This document shows positions 29,800 to 39,922 of a stretch of 64,000 nucleotides of DNA, in pieces. Numbering within the stretch: position 1 is the first letter of the stretch; every line of letters begins with the position of its first letter. Made by a program: the position numbers and the translations under genes. Where the stretch lies: NCBI GenBank assembly GCA_964016885.1, contig OZ024740.1:315890001-315954000 (forward strand), written 5' to 3'. The stretch comes from Eledone cirrhosa (Eukaryota). The notes under the pieces are model-generated. The model saw only the letters and a list, made by a program, of their open reading frames with translations. It did not search any database and was not told the DNA's origin.

Positions 29800-32676
29800 C
29801 ACATACATGTACATGCATATATATACATATGCATATAAATACATATATACACATATACATACATACATATATAGATAAATACATACATACATACATACAT
29901 ACATGGTGGCTGCCAACTCGTTTTCGAGTACGGCCACTACTTTATATCCATGTAGGAGAAACCTTACCGATGCGCTGAACAAGTGTGATTTTTAATCCAG
30001 CCAGCGACTTGAAAACTCTGGTAAAAACACTACACTTGTAACAATTATTGACACATAGTGCTGGGCCCATGGTACCATGTGACGACAAGTGCAGAGAGAT
30101 CTCCAGATATAAAGCAATGCCTGTGCCATGAAGCCAGTCCCACTCTCTTAACCAAGATGATATTTACCAAAAAGAAGAACAAGTCAACATCATTGGATAC
30201 CATCAGGGTTGCAGGTGTTATATCAGAGTTTTCCTTCTAGAATTCTGCCTTGACAAAGGCTAAGGGGTCATCTCTCCCGGTGATTTTGGATGGCCATTGA
30301 CTCTTAAGAGCTCCTTTGCCCTTTGACAGGTTTTGTTTTTAGTCCTGCAGGATGTCCAAAGTCACCCTCCTCACAAAGAAACCTTCGTGGGGTTGCCAGT
30401 TTAGTTGCCAACGACCCGACCNNNNNNNNNNNNNNNNNNNNNNNNNNNNNNNNNNNNNNNNNNNNNNNNNNNNNNNNNNNNNNNNNNNNNNNNNNNNNNN
30501 NNNNNNNNNNNNNNNNNNNNNNNNNNNNNNNNNNNNNNNNNNNNNNNNNNNNNNNNNNNNNNNNNNNNNNNNNNNNNNNNNNNNNNNNNNNNNNNNNNNN
30601 NNNNNNNNNNNNNNNNNNNNNGCTATATTACAGAGTTTGAAAACAAGATCTTGTTTTCCAACACCTTAGCCATGTGTATCATATACTGAATAGAAACTAT
30701 ATAGGCAAAACATTCCAAAGGTTTATTGTTAAATTGACAACAGCAACTGTGCCTCATGTATGTTTTTTTATACAGAGAAAAAGTATTCAGAATTATAGGG
30801 AAACTGTATAATGTTGATAGAGTATAGGCTATGAAAGTGAAGTGGTATATCCAGTGCTGGATTTACAATTGTGCTTAGGTGTGCTGAAGCATAAGGCTTG
30901 TTGGCCGGGGCGATCTTCCTGTCAAAAAATTTGTTTACCTCCTTCAAGACCCAAGTAAGAGGCCTCATAACTACCACAGGGCCTAATTTGTCCTAAATCC
31001 AGCATTGGGTACATCGATAACTGGAAACCAAACCGGGTTAGCTGATTGCATCAAGTATTTCATAATTTAACAAATATATATATTTTGGGCTGGCTTTATA
31101 ATTAAACTGGTAATAATTGTCATATACACATTTCAATCCCTGTGATGGACTGGCGTCCTTTCCAGAGAAAAGTCTTGTACTCTCAGTTGCTTCATACCAC
31201 AAAAACCAGGATAAGCAGTGGCCTGATGAGCCTCTGGGCTCAAGACAGACTTTAGACACACAGTTCAATGGATAACTAGCTTTCTTTTATCTATACTACT
31301 ATAGAAATACAGTATCATAGCTTGTTTTGTATAGAAGTTTTTATCTGAGATCTTTTTCACATTCCTTTTGACAGCCTGCCAAATTTCAGAGCTATATCAA
31401 TAATATCTCCAATAATGCTGTTGTTTATTTTTTCTCACTCTCCATATTTCTTATTTTCAACAGATTAGAAAGTACCTAAAGTAGCACCAGACAGGCCCAA
31501 GGGTATCAATTGATAGTTGAATATGAAAAGGTCCTTTATGTTTCTATGGGGCTTTAAGGAATGGCTTCACTTTTATGGATTGTAATCAAATTAAATTTTT
31601 ATTTGAATATCATCTCATAGTTCCGAGACTGATTTAATACCAAAGTGAAACTGTTTTAAGCGTGATAAAATTAATACAAGTAATACTCTAATGCAAAACA
31701 GTCCATTTGATGTCCAGGGTAAATATTACCCGCTTCCATTTTGTGAGAGGAGATAGAAAATGAAAGTGTCCACATCGACATGGGTTCAACAAACAAATAA
31801 ATATTGCTACTTCTTAATGAATGGACACTGTTAATTTCATAACAAATATATATTAACAATAAAGCGTTGATCGCTAAAACTTGGAAAGTAAGATTCCAAC
31901 GAAGACCTTCAACAGCTCGGGTTAAAATAATAAACCCTTTCCCTACAATTATATCGTCAAACCCATTAGGAAATATAAGAATGATACAGCATTCCATTTT
32001 ATCAGCGATAGCCATCTACCTAGCCAATAGAAACCGCTATTTTGTTTCCAGTTCGATTTCTAACTGAAATTAATTTCCATTAATTTGTCTTTGGTGAAGG
32101 CATGAACGTTACTGCGTCTCATTTCTTTCAAAAGAAAAAAAAAACCTATTCCAGTGGCAGGTGCGACGGAAAGTTCTAAGATTTGGGCAGACCCTGATAC
32201 GATTTCCTTTACATCGTTAATATTTCGAAGGAAATAAATGCACAAACACCCCAATTTCTTATTCTCCTGCACTCTATAATTCTACGAAATCCATATCGAT
32301 GCAAGATATACTGTTACAAATAGTAAGTCGCGAAAACTTCGACAGACGAATCAACAAGTTTTTAGGTCACCGCCCCCAACAAAGTACACCTAATAAAGAA
32401 ATATACGACACCTTTAGAAACATAAACTGCAATGACTAGCTTATTTTTATAGAAAATATTAAGATACTAATTCACAGTGTCTGAGAGAGTTGATTGTTTA
32501 TCAACATACTGAAGAATTTTCTTTTTTTGTTGACAATAACTAAATAGAACACACCGAAAGAGAAAGTTTTTTTTTCCCTAGTAAATATTTTGGAATATAA
32601 CAATAAAGAAAAGAATCATATTTGCTTTTAAAGTTACCTTGTCAGAGTCCCGTTTTGTAAGGAGTCGACGAAGCAT
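3424..32676 (-). CDS. EEA1: Early endosome antigen 1 homologue (coiled coil + C-terminal FYVE), spliced; model incomplete across the assembly gap
   Basis: 15 GT-AG exons join in frame (1536 nt including stop). The N-terminus MLRRLLTKR resembles vertebrate EEA1 MLRRILQR. The C-terminal [11 protein letters not shown]...[12 protein letters not shown]...RKWADD...[17 protein letters not shown]...[10 protein letters not shown] matches EEA1 as I recall it. Confidence 0.93.
4437..4993. mobile_element. Degenerate pogo/Tigger-like MITE (related copy 20919-21106)
   Basis: Ends taccatatatactt... and ...aatttatacggta form imperfect TIRs at TA sites. Confidence 0.5.
5325..5423 (-). CDS. EEA1: EEA1 exon, FYVE N-terminal half (WxxD motif)
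   Basis: ttttag / [33 protein letters not shown] / gtaag; 99 nt, phase 0-0. Confidence 0.95.
5941..6061 (-). CDS. EEA1: EEA1 exon, coiled coil preceding FYVE
   Basis: [40 protein letters not shown]; tacag acceptor, gtatg donor; 121 nt, phase 2-0. Confidence 0.95.
6660..7003. repeat. 48-bp minisatellite, about 7 copies, derived from a SINE-shared motif
   Basis: Unit cagggtgtactgggtgctttttgtcatggcatcagtactaacacctta. The motif also occurs inverted in the SINE near 16470-16500. Confidence 0.9.
7922..8086. mobile_element. hAT-type MITE
   Basis: Imperfect TIRs taggcatagcaaac / gtttgacatgtctg; 8-bp TSD atgtagac on both sides. Confidence 0.75.
8161..8215 (-). CDS. EEA1: EEA1 exon
   Basis: (E)[17 protein letters not shown](R); tgcag / gtaaa; 55 nt, phase 1-2, fits both neighbours. 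Confidence 0.92.
8751..9590 (+). mobile_element. Internally deleted Tc1/mariner transposon, DD37D (maT-like)
   Basis: Perfect 27-bp TIRs cagggtgcggacgatatttgttcgcaa with TA flanks. ORF 8996-9442 has WQQD...[12 protein letters not shown] with 37 residues between the last two catalytic Asp. The DNA-binding domain is absent. Confidence 0.92.
11045..11590 (+). mobile_element. Degraded 3' fragment of RTE LINE
   Basis: Aligns by eye to 51580-52180 (LHGSETW, RLRWYG, GRPRKTW codons) with stops and indels; gat-repeat tail. Confidence 0.8.
11646..11829 (-). CDS. EEA1: EEA1 exon, coiled coil
   Basis: [61 protein letters not shown]; tacag / gtaag; 184 nt, phase 0-1. Confidence 0.92.
12479..12766. mobile_element. 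hAT-type MITE inserted in a degenerate local tandem repeat
   Basis: TIRs caggcatgggcaacct / aggttgctcatgactg; 8-bp TSD atatagag / atatagaa. Confidence 0.8.
13426..13515 (-). CDS. EEA1: EEA1 exon, coiled coil
   Basis: [30 protein letters not shown]; gttag / gtagg; 90 nt. Confidence 0.88.
13888..14089. mobile_element. mariner-type MITE (related fragment near 26975-27230)
   Basis: TIRs tatgagggtgggctgaaaag / cttttcagttgaccctcgta with TA ends. Confidence 0.75.
15049..15144 (-). CDS. EEA1: EEA1 exon, coiled coil
   Basis: [32 protein letters not shown]; ttcag / gtaag; 96 nt. EAKQLLIxQKL motif as in EEA1. Confidence 0.92.
15300..15720 (+). mobile_element. Degraded LINE (RTE-like) 3' fragment; second copy inverted at about 23960-24330
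   Basis: The two copies are homologous; ORF 23961-24185 reads ...[27 protein letters not shown], typical of RTE C-termini. Confidence 0.7.
15721..16046 (+). mobile_element. Old Penelope pseudo-LTR relic with inverted 5' junction and mutated hammerhead
   Basis: Homologous to the reverse complement of 48270-48560 (gtcactgaggaggtcacagaatgtgtgac...catgaccctcccaaagtataacaatat). 15721-15757 is an inverted copy of parts of 15773-15822. Confidence 0.8.
16279..16620 (+). mobile_element. tRNA-derived SINE with an RTE-derived 3' tail
   Basis: A-box tggcttagtggtt and B-box gagttcaattc. The tail cccgtcccacccttgcaagcaggg...gcggacgtaaaatga matches the RTE 3' end at 52131-52173. Confidence 0.85.
16684..16815 (-). 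CDS. EEA1: EEA1 exon, coiled coil
   Basis: [44 protein letters not shown]; tctag / gtaaa; 132 nt. Confidence 0.87.
17578..17784. mobile_element. TTAA-targeting (piggyBac-like) MITE; second copy 21276-21483
   Basis: ttaa|cccttta...taaaggg|ttaa ends; internal sequence shared between the two copies. Confidence 0.75.
17856..18158. mobile_element. hAT-type MITE
   Basis: Imperfect TIRs cagggccagattta / taaatccaaccatg; perfect 8-bp TSD attgcaat. Confidence 0.75.
18213..18302 (-). CDS. EEA1: EEA1 exon, coiled coil
   Basis: [30 protein letters not shown]; ttcag / gtaag; 90 nt. Confidence 0.87.
18535..18785 (-). mobile_element. tRNA-derived SINE with a conserved central (Meta-like) domain; related fragment 31135-31252 on +
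   Basis: The reverse complement begins gtggcctagtggtaaag...ggttcaatt and shares tggactgg...tactctcagt(c)gcttca...aaaccaggataagc with 31140-31220. Confidence 0.65.
18860..19018 (-). CDS. EEA1: EEA1 exon, coiled coil
   Basis: [53 protein letters not shown]; tttag / gtatc; 159 nt. Confidence 0.87.
20199..20288 (-). CDS. EEA1: EEA1 exon, coiled coil
   Basis: [30 protein letters not shown]; tctag / gtaaa; 90 nt. Confidence 0.86.
21825..21920 (-). CDS. EEA1: EEA1 exon, coiled coil
   Basis: [32 protein letters not shown]; tttag / gtata; 96 nt. Confidence 0.86.
23277..23324 (-). CDS. EEA1: EEA1 exon, coiled coil
   Basis: [16 protein letters not shown]; long poly-T tract plus acag / gtgag; 48 nt. 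Confidence 0.84.
24436..24543 (-). CDS. EEA1: EEA1 exon, coiled coil
   Basis: [36 protein letters not shown]; ttcag / gtatg; 108 nt. Confidence 0.86.
28567..29260. repeat. 69-bp minisatellite, 10 near-identical copies
   Basis: Unit acttgtgactcagacagtcttattggtgatcactcctctcaggacaggcttaacttgatcactagtttt. It accounts for the 269-aa repeat ORF. Confidence 0.97.
29903..30421 (-). mobile_element. 3' fragment of a LINE with a C-terminal C2H2-like finger; second copy on + at 34002-34379
   Basis: The two copies are inverted homologues. They encode [17 protein letters not shown] and end in a stem-loop (gtggc...ctcgaaaacgag...gccac) followed by (TA)n. Confidence 0.75.
30422..30621. other. Assembly gap (200 N) inside EEA1
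   Basis: Run of N. Confidence 1.
30852..31007. mobile_element. hAT-type MITE
   Basis: TIRs cagtgctggattta / taaatccagcattg; 8-bp TSD ggtatatc / ggtacatc. Confidence 0.75.
32638..32676 (-). CDS. EEA1: EEA1 first coding exon
   Basis: gaaaATG reading [13 protein letters not shown], then a gtaac donor; lies in a CpG-retaining region. Confidence 0.8.
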
Positions 32677-32919
32677 TTTCCAGTGACTTTGATAAACGGG
32701 AATATTTTAAAATGTTTTTTAAAAATTTAATTGCTTAGTGGTAAATTGCATTCAAACAGAAACACCGCCATAACAGAACGTTCGTAATATATATAGTGGT
32801 CTATAGTCGACACCATTTAAGGACCACTATTAGACAAAGGACGTTACTCGAACAGGTTTTTATTAACAAAGGCGGATTCATTTAATAGTATACTTTTCTC
32901 GCATGAATACGTCTGTATG

Positions 32920-32955
<36 letters not shown>

Positions 32956-33040
32956 AAAGTTCTATTTAAATTGTTGGGATACAACAAGCAAATATTTTTA
33001 TAACTCATATAAAGCACTCAACACGTATTTGGAGTAAACA

Positions 33041-33379
33041 TACGATATTAGCAAATGGAAACTATATTTATAAAACCATATTTATTTTATTATACATATT
33101 TCAAGGACACCACGTTAAATTATGGTGTGCTTTCATCAGACAAAATACAATATAGATCAGTTTTATAAATAAATATTGACATAAATCCTGTATAACTATC
33201 CGGGATCTTCCAACAGTAATGGTTGCACTTTTTAAGGGTATGTCAATATTTATTTATAAAACTGATCTATATTGTATTTTGTCTGATAAAAGCACACCAT
33301 AATTTAACGTGGTGTCCTTGAAATATGTATAATAAAATAAATATGGTTTTATAAATATAGTTTCCATTTGTTAATATCG

Positions 33380-33381
<2 letters not shown>
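33041..33381. mobile_element. Inverted-repeat (palindromic) element, pLTR/retrozyme-like
   Basis: Arms 33041-33183 and 33239-33381 are reverse complements; each contains a hammerhead motif. Confidence 0.85.
33083..33147 (-). ncRNA. Minimal type I hammerhead ribozyme (homologue 33761-33821 on -; core-mutated copy 33275-33339 on +)
   Basis: UAUUUUGU CUGAUGA aagcacacca-loop-ugguguccuu GAAA UAUGUA UA AUAAAAUA; stem II covaries between copies. Confidence 0.8.
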
Positions 33382-33415
<34 letters not shown>

Positions 33416-33669
33416 GGAAGGGCATCCAGCTGTAGAAAACCCGCCAGACAGTCCACGCTGTAATGTGGCCGTGTAGGCAACACGGTAAAAACCTCCCAGC
33501 CCCACACTGTAAATGTGGTTGGTGTTAGGAAGGGCATCCAACTGTAGAAAACCCGCCAGACAGTCCTATGCGAGCAAGACAACCACTCTTGCCTCAAGTG
33601 GGAAAACCCCCGTCCAAACCCATGCAAGCGTGGAACACGGACGCTAAACCTGATGATGATGATGATGAT
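33416..33669 (+). mobile_element. 3' UTR fragment of RTE family A
   Basis: Near-identical to 43205-43432 and 59635-59857; ends in (gat)n. Confidence 0.85.
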
Positions 33670-33900
33670 ATAATATATATATATATAATATATATATGTA
33701 TGTGTGTATGTATGTACAATGATATTAAATAAATGGAAACTATATTTATAAAACCATATTTATTCTATTATATATATTTCAAGGGTACCAAAACTTTGGT
33801 ACGCTTTCATCAGATAAAATACGAAGTGTCTTTTATAAATTTTGACATAACCAAGGAAAATACCTTAACGGTTCAAGTTTTCCTTGGATAGTCATATGTA

Positions 33901-34004
<104 letters not shown>

Positions 34005-34376
34005 GGAGAGATGACCCTTAGCCTTTGTCAAGGCAGAATTCTAGGAGGAGGAAAACTCTGATATAAGACCTGCAACTCTGATGGTATCCAATGATGTTGA
34101 CTTGTTCTTCTTTTTGGTAAATATAATCTTGGTTAAGAGAGTGGGACTGGCTTTGTGCAGTGCCTTTGCTCACTTATCTGGAGATCTCTCTGCACTTGTC
34201 ATCACATGGTACCATGGGCCTAGCACTATGTGTCAATAATTGTCACAAGTGTAGTGTTTGTACCAGAGTTTTCAAGTCGCTGGCTGGACTAAAGTCACAT
34301 TCGTTCAGCGCATCGGCAGGAGTTCTCCTACATGGATATAAAGTAGTGGCCATACTCGAAAACGAGTTGGCAGCCA

Positions 34377-34474
<98 letters not shown>

Positions 34475-34534
34475 TGGAAGTAGCACTAAGACAGCGTTTA
34501 AGCATAATAGAGGTGTATATACACTATATGTTTA

Positions 34535-35103
34535 TCTATATATATAAAACTGACGATGTCTGTCTGTATGTGTGTGAGTTTGAATCCCTAAAACTAGAGA
34601 ACCACCCAACCGACTGTTTTCAAACTTTACACATGTAATACTTATGTTTCAGGGAGTGTTTTGAGCAAAAATTTTTTTTCAAATTTTCAATTTCTCGGGA
34701 CTGCATTAGGCGATCTCTCTCTATAATTCTTAGTCTTTCTCATTTTAGATAGATACATACATATAACGTCGCGCCCTTATAATATCTTTCTGCATTACGT
34801 CATTTCCTACAATTCACTCTGCATCCAGAACGCGCTCTTATGATATCTGTCTGCATGTCTGGCTGTCTGCTGCCTCCGGTTATTCCGCCACCCTTGCTCA
34901 AGACAAATCTCACACTCATTCCCAAAACAGTTGGTAAGTGCACACAACTTCTTCCTCACGTTTTAAGCCACAGTATTGCTTACTTACGTACCACCAGACC
35001 CTTACTTCTTTGCCAGCCGTGGTTGTGGCAATACTAAGCTTAGCTAAGGCGGTTATATATTTCACAATACCTTATCCCGTGCAACGCCGGGTACCACTGC
35101 TAG
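34535..35103 (+). mobile_element. Non-autonomous Helitron
   Basis: a|TC 5' end; subterminal GC hairpin cccgtgcaacgccggg; 3' CTAG|t; no TSD. Confidence 0.8.
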
Positions 35104-36969
35104 TATATAATAATCATATGGGTAAGAAATCATAATATATTTATACACGTTATACATTCTGCTTCAGTCTCGGTTGCCCACTCATTATTTATACAGATAT
35201 AACTTTTATCATGCACTTCGGCTGCTAGCGCACTTCTTACTATATATCTTAATTAATTACCCATACGAACGCTAATTATGTGCAAATTAGTACGTCAATT
35301 TCACATACACAACACACACACACACATGTATATGGGGGGGGGGTCATTTAAGGCTCCGTCATCTACTTTCTTGTAAGTGTTGGTAATGGCGTTTTTTGTC
35401 AGCCTCTGGTAAGTTGGGATGTCCAGCTCGTACAGGTTCTAAGTTTTGTCGGAAGGGACATGGAGGTTAAGGGAACGTTTCATAGTATGAAGTTCATCCT
35501 TTAAGTAAGTCTGGAAAGGTGTATTGGCTCTCCATATCCCTTCCGAAAAAACTATATATATATATATATATAACATTAGCATCATCACCGTTTGTCGATG
35601 CTTGCATGGATTAGACGGCTGCAGACCTGCCAACCTCTAAAAATCCAAACGGGGAGTACCGCGAAAAAAAGTACTTCAAAACGGGGGGAAATGAGGCAAA
35701 ATGAGGAGTTTTACATAATGAAAGCTACATCCATTTTCGCAAGAGAACAGATCTCTCTGTCGGGCGGGGCGAGTTGACAGGTTTGCGGCTGTCACGCGCT
35801 GGAGCCAAACTGGTCAGGTGGCTGGATCCTCAAATGTTAATACCAACCACTTTATAGCATATACTAGGAACATGTTTACAGCTGGATGCTCTTCCTAACA
35901 TCATCCACTTTACATCGTGTACTGGAAACATTTTATTGTGATTCGATATCGCAGGTGATGATATTTGTTTATGTCCTGCATGAACAGAAATCACACTATT
36001 CAGTGATTAGTCATATGAAGATTCATTCCTTACTTTTGAAAAAAGGGGATAATAAATATACACGGTATAAGGGGAATAGATATAATGACATTTATTTTAT
36101 TTGTCAGCATAAAAAGAGAAAGAAAAAAAGAAGAAAAAAACACACAAGCAAGTAATACACACATGTAGGACCACATCCAACAAAATGCAGGCGAAAGGGT
36201 GGACAAACGAATCGCTGCCAGAGCAAAAGATAACAATATTGTGAGGGAATCAGGGACAGAGATCAATAATTGATTTTGTTATTGTCTTTGATCTCTTCGA
36301 TTCTGCGTTGGATGTTCGTGTTAAGAGAGGAGCTGAGCTGTCAACTAATCGCCGTCTAATTATCTGCAACTTGAGACTAAAGCCAAAGAAGCCTATAAAA
36401 CTGGCAAGTCTAGAGAACCTACAGAATAATGTGGGGAACGTTGGTGGATAAGGAAGTCAGTACCAGGTATGCAGATACCATTGCATCCAAATTCAGAGAA
36501 TACCCTGAGCAAACTGAGGACATTAAGACAGAGTGGAGATTGTTCAGCTTTCAAATGGTAACGGACGAAAGAGGCTTGGTGTACGTCGGATGGCCACGAG
36601 AGAGATAGATTATTAGTCATTGTAAGGCAGATAGTTAGGGGATATAACTCTGCTTTCTGGAATCTAGCTGACAATGGTTATTGCTCTTTAGCTTTAACAC
36701 AAGTAAAGACGTTTAACAGTAAAATAATTGTTTCTACTTTTGGCACAAGGCCAGCAATAACCCAGTAATGTACTGATACTTTATTTTATCGACCCCGTAA
36801 GGATGAAAGGCAAACTTAACCTCGGCGGAATTTGAACTCAGAATGGCAAGGGCCGTAAATGTGAGCGGACGTGTGTTAATGTGTATTTGTGTTATTTTTA
36901 TGACATTGCAGTCATAAAAATAACCCTCTCTCCATTCGATTGAGGTAAATCCTTAATGTTGGACGTGAC

Positions 36970-37560
36970 GTGTTGCGACTCGTACTCTGCCTCCAACCTT
37001 GTCGCTTCGGCCGCAAATCCGGACACTGCCGCCCGCAGTGCGGAGGAACAGAAGATAAACAAATACCGGGCTTGACCGACCGCTTCCTTTTTGTACCGGT
37101 CGTCATCGAGATTTCTGGTGCGCTAGGTGTACGTACTATCGATTTCCTTCGCAAAAATCCGAACGACAGCAGCCCACCTGAGGAGGTGAGGTGGCTGTTG
37201 CAGCGGGTGTCACTGGCCATTCTCTGTGGCAATGCCTTCATCATTGTATCTGCGGGGTACAGCAGAATCAGCTCCCAGACTGGGCTGTAGAGTCTGTTTC
37301 TACCCCCTCTCCCTTTCTTTTGATGCTTAATTCTCTTTTTCTTTTTTTTGTTTCATTTTGATTTTATCATTTTTAATTGTAAATGTTATAGTGGAAACTT
37401 CTGGTGTCCTTGGCCCTAGGGCTACCTCCCTACTTATCCCCATAGGCGCTGAGCTGGCGAGCCGCAGGTGTGAGCCTCGCGAAATAGAATGGCTCCTCCA
37501 GCGCACCTCCCTTACCATCCTCTGGGTAAACGCCTTCTCCATTCTGTCCGCCGGGGCCGT
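36970..37560 (+). mobile_element. Two degenerate 3' fragments of a CRE-like non-LTR retrotransposon (restriction-like endonuclease C-terminus)
   Basis: FVPVVIEISGALG...WLLQRVSLAILCGNA and VETSGVLG...WLLQRTSLTILWVNA match the FxPxxxETxG...QRxSxAxxxGNA pattern. Confidence 0.7.
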
Positions 37561-37952
37561 GAGGTGGCCAGCACGTGCAACCCCATTTGCTCATAATAGT
37601 GAGAGATGGGGCGGGCAAGAGAGATGGAGACGATGGCAGTGGGAGTTCGGCTCCGCTGTGTTCGGACCTAGTCTACAGCATCAGTTATCTTTATATTCTC
37701 TACTGATAATATCGCTAGTTAACCGTACATAGGTCATATACGATAGTGTTTTCATTACTAATAACATCTGCTACCTGTAAAACAGCATCAATACAGAGTT
37801 GAGACTATTTAACCCTTTTGCTACCAAACCACCAGAAACTATATAAAAGTCGTATGTATAATGTAATACATTAAAATGTTATTTCTCATAGGAATATGAG
37901 TAGTAATCTTAGAAAATTATAGAGTGTGTGTGAGAGTGTGCAGAAATGCTTC

Positions 37953-37962
<10 letters not shown>

Positions 37963-38040
<78 letters not shown>
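37963..38040. repeat. (GA)n microsatellite
   Basis: Seen directly. Confidence 0.98.
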
Positions 38041-38042
<2 letters not shown>

Positions 38043-38237
38043 TGTATGTATGAGGGTGTGCTTTGGGTAAAAGAAAATACAGGAGGATCAGTTAATTATG
38101 ATTTTATTCAACATATTCCCCTCTCAGATTCACACAATTATTGCAGCGGTCCTCCCTCCCCGTGTAAAGGTAACAGATCTACCCCTTCGATACCCTTAAA
38201 GCCAGGAAGTTTTCAGCTCGTCCTCGTACATATGATG

Positions 38238-38410
38238 TACCGTATTTCCCGGCGTCGAAGACGCTTCGTCCTCGAGGACACACCCTCATTTTGACAACCA
38301 AAAATTTGGAAAAAAAATAATAAACAACCTTCGGCCCACAGGACGCATAGTAGATTTTTGAGACTTATTTTAGGAAAAAAGTAACGTCTTCGACGCCCGG
38401 AAATACGGTA
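38238..38410. mobile_element. pogo/Tigger-like MITE
   Basis: TIRs taccgtatttcccggcgtcgaagacg / cgtcttcgacgcccggaaatacggta with TA ends. Confidence 0.85.
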
Positions 38411-38818
38411 TGTATTTATGTATACACACACACACACATCTAAATATATTTCTTGTGTGCCTGTATTCGTTCAGGTGATTCCTTTTACATCTACATAAAC
38501 ACATATATGTAAAAAATATGGCGTAGCGACAAAATAAGTTCTGCTCAATGTATCTGGTATTTTTTTTCCTTACCTGCAAACCCAAACGTGTATATGTGCT
38601 TATGTGTGTGTGTGTGTTTGTGCATGCGTGTTTTCTCTCAAAGATTTCAAATCATTACAGAAAAAATTCAGAATTTACTTCACTGCCAAAAGAAAATGTT
38701 TTCCAGTGAATGATGCCCAAGGTGTAAAAAAAAAAAAAAAAAAAATATGTCCCACATGCATGCTTTTCATTTCCCTCTGATATATTGCTCAAAGCTAAAT
38801 CCTAATTCTATTCTATTA

Positions 38819-39755
38819 CTAGCAGTAAAGCCCGCGTTGCTCGGGGCTGCTCAGTAGCTGTGTTAAAGTTATAATGTTAAGTTCCTTTCTTGGCTTAAAA
38901 ACTGTAGAGTCTACAGTGTAGACTTTCATGTGGTACTTTTGATTACTATTCCCTCAACCAACAGTATGCCTTATGAAGTTAAGAAAACATAACCATAACC
39001 CGAATGTTAAAACAAAAGAGGATGCTGGGGAATAAAAACTGCACTGATAATCTATTAACAAAAATCGAAAATGTAAACACTGCAACACTTGTCTCAGAGA
39101 AAAACATCAGCGTAACCAAACTATCAGTTATTTTGAAACAAAGAAATTGGATGGACATAAAAAAAAAAAAAATGCGTTATTTGTCTGTCGTTTAAAATCA
39201 TTGCTTCTAAATGAAAATCTCAAGGCTTTATTCGAGATTATATATATATAGATCAATGCTTTTTTTTACAAAATATTTGCTTGTTTTACGGTGTATTCAA
39301 ATAGGCTTGTTTTCAAGTAAAATTATTGTTTTAAAAGACTTTTTAATGGAAATGAAGCAAAATGGAAGCTTAATGTTGAAACTTCGAACTCATGAATTTT
39401 GCAGGTTAAAATTTTGCTGGCCCGAAAACTGTTCGTGTATTTTTTGTACCTTTGCACGCGTAGTTTGTTCGTAACGTAAATAGATAAACAAATGACGCCA
39501 TAAAAGGGAAATAACTCGCCTCTCATCTCTATTTATATATTTGAACTGAAAAATCAATACATTACAAATTCGATTTTTGCACTTGGCGTGGGTCGATTTG
39601 AAAATTATTTTGACCGATGTCTCTGCCGGACCTTCATCCATAAGTGTAGCAATTTCACCGAAATTTGAACGTACGGTTTAGGAGGAGATGTGTGCCGACC
39701 GTTTTAGTAGACAGACAGACAGACAGTCAGACAACCTCAGTTTTATATATATAGA
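38819..39755 (-). mobile_element. Non-autonomous Helitron
   Basis: The minus strand starts tctatatatataaaactga like 34535 and ends in the hairpin gccccgagcaacgcgggc plus CTAG. Confidence 0.78.
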
Positions 39756-39876
39756 TAAGTTGATTCAACTTATACAGCTTCATATGCAAATGAGATTAAT
39801 CACCTCATTAACACAGACGAGAAAACTATATATTCTCGCCTGTTTTCAAAGTCTAGCAGTGGCAAGAGCGGGAGGG

Positions 39877-39922
39877 ATTGTCCTGACGAGGGCCAGTTCA
39901 GTTCGAAATGCGCATCGATAAT
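39877..39922 (+). ncRNA. Minimal type I hammerhead ribozyme
   Basis: AUUGUC CUGACGA GGGC-caguuca-GUUC GAAA UGCGCA UC GAUAAU; 6-bp stem I, palindromic stem III, AUC cleavage triplet. Confidence 0.82.

Noticed and set aside
31220-31252. ctgatgagcc...ggctc as a hammerhead
   Set aside because: No GAAA follows the stem and there are no stems I or III; it is part of a SINE tail.
31671-32272. Short ORFs in the CpG-richer part of EEA1 intron 1
   Set aside because: No recognisable motifs or splice-supported structure.
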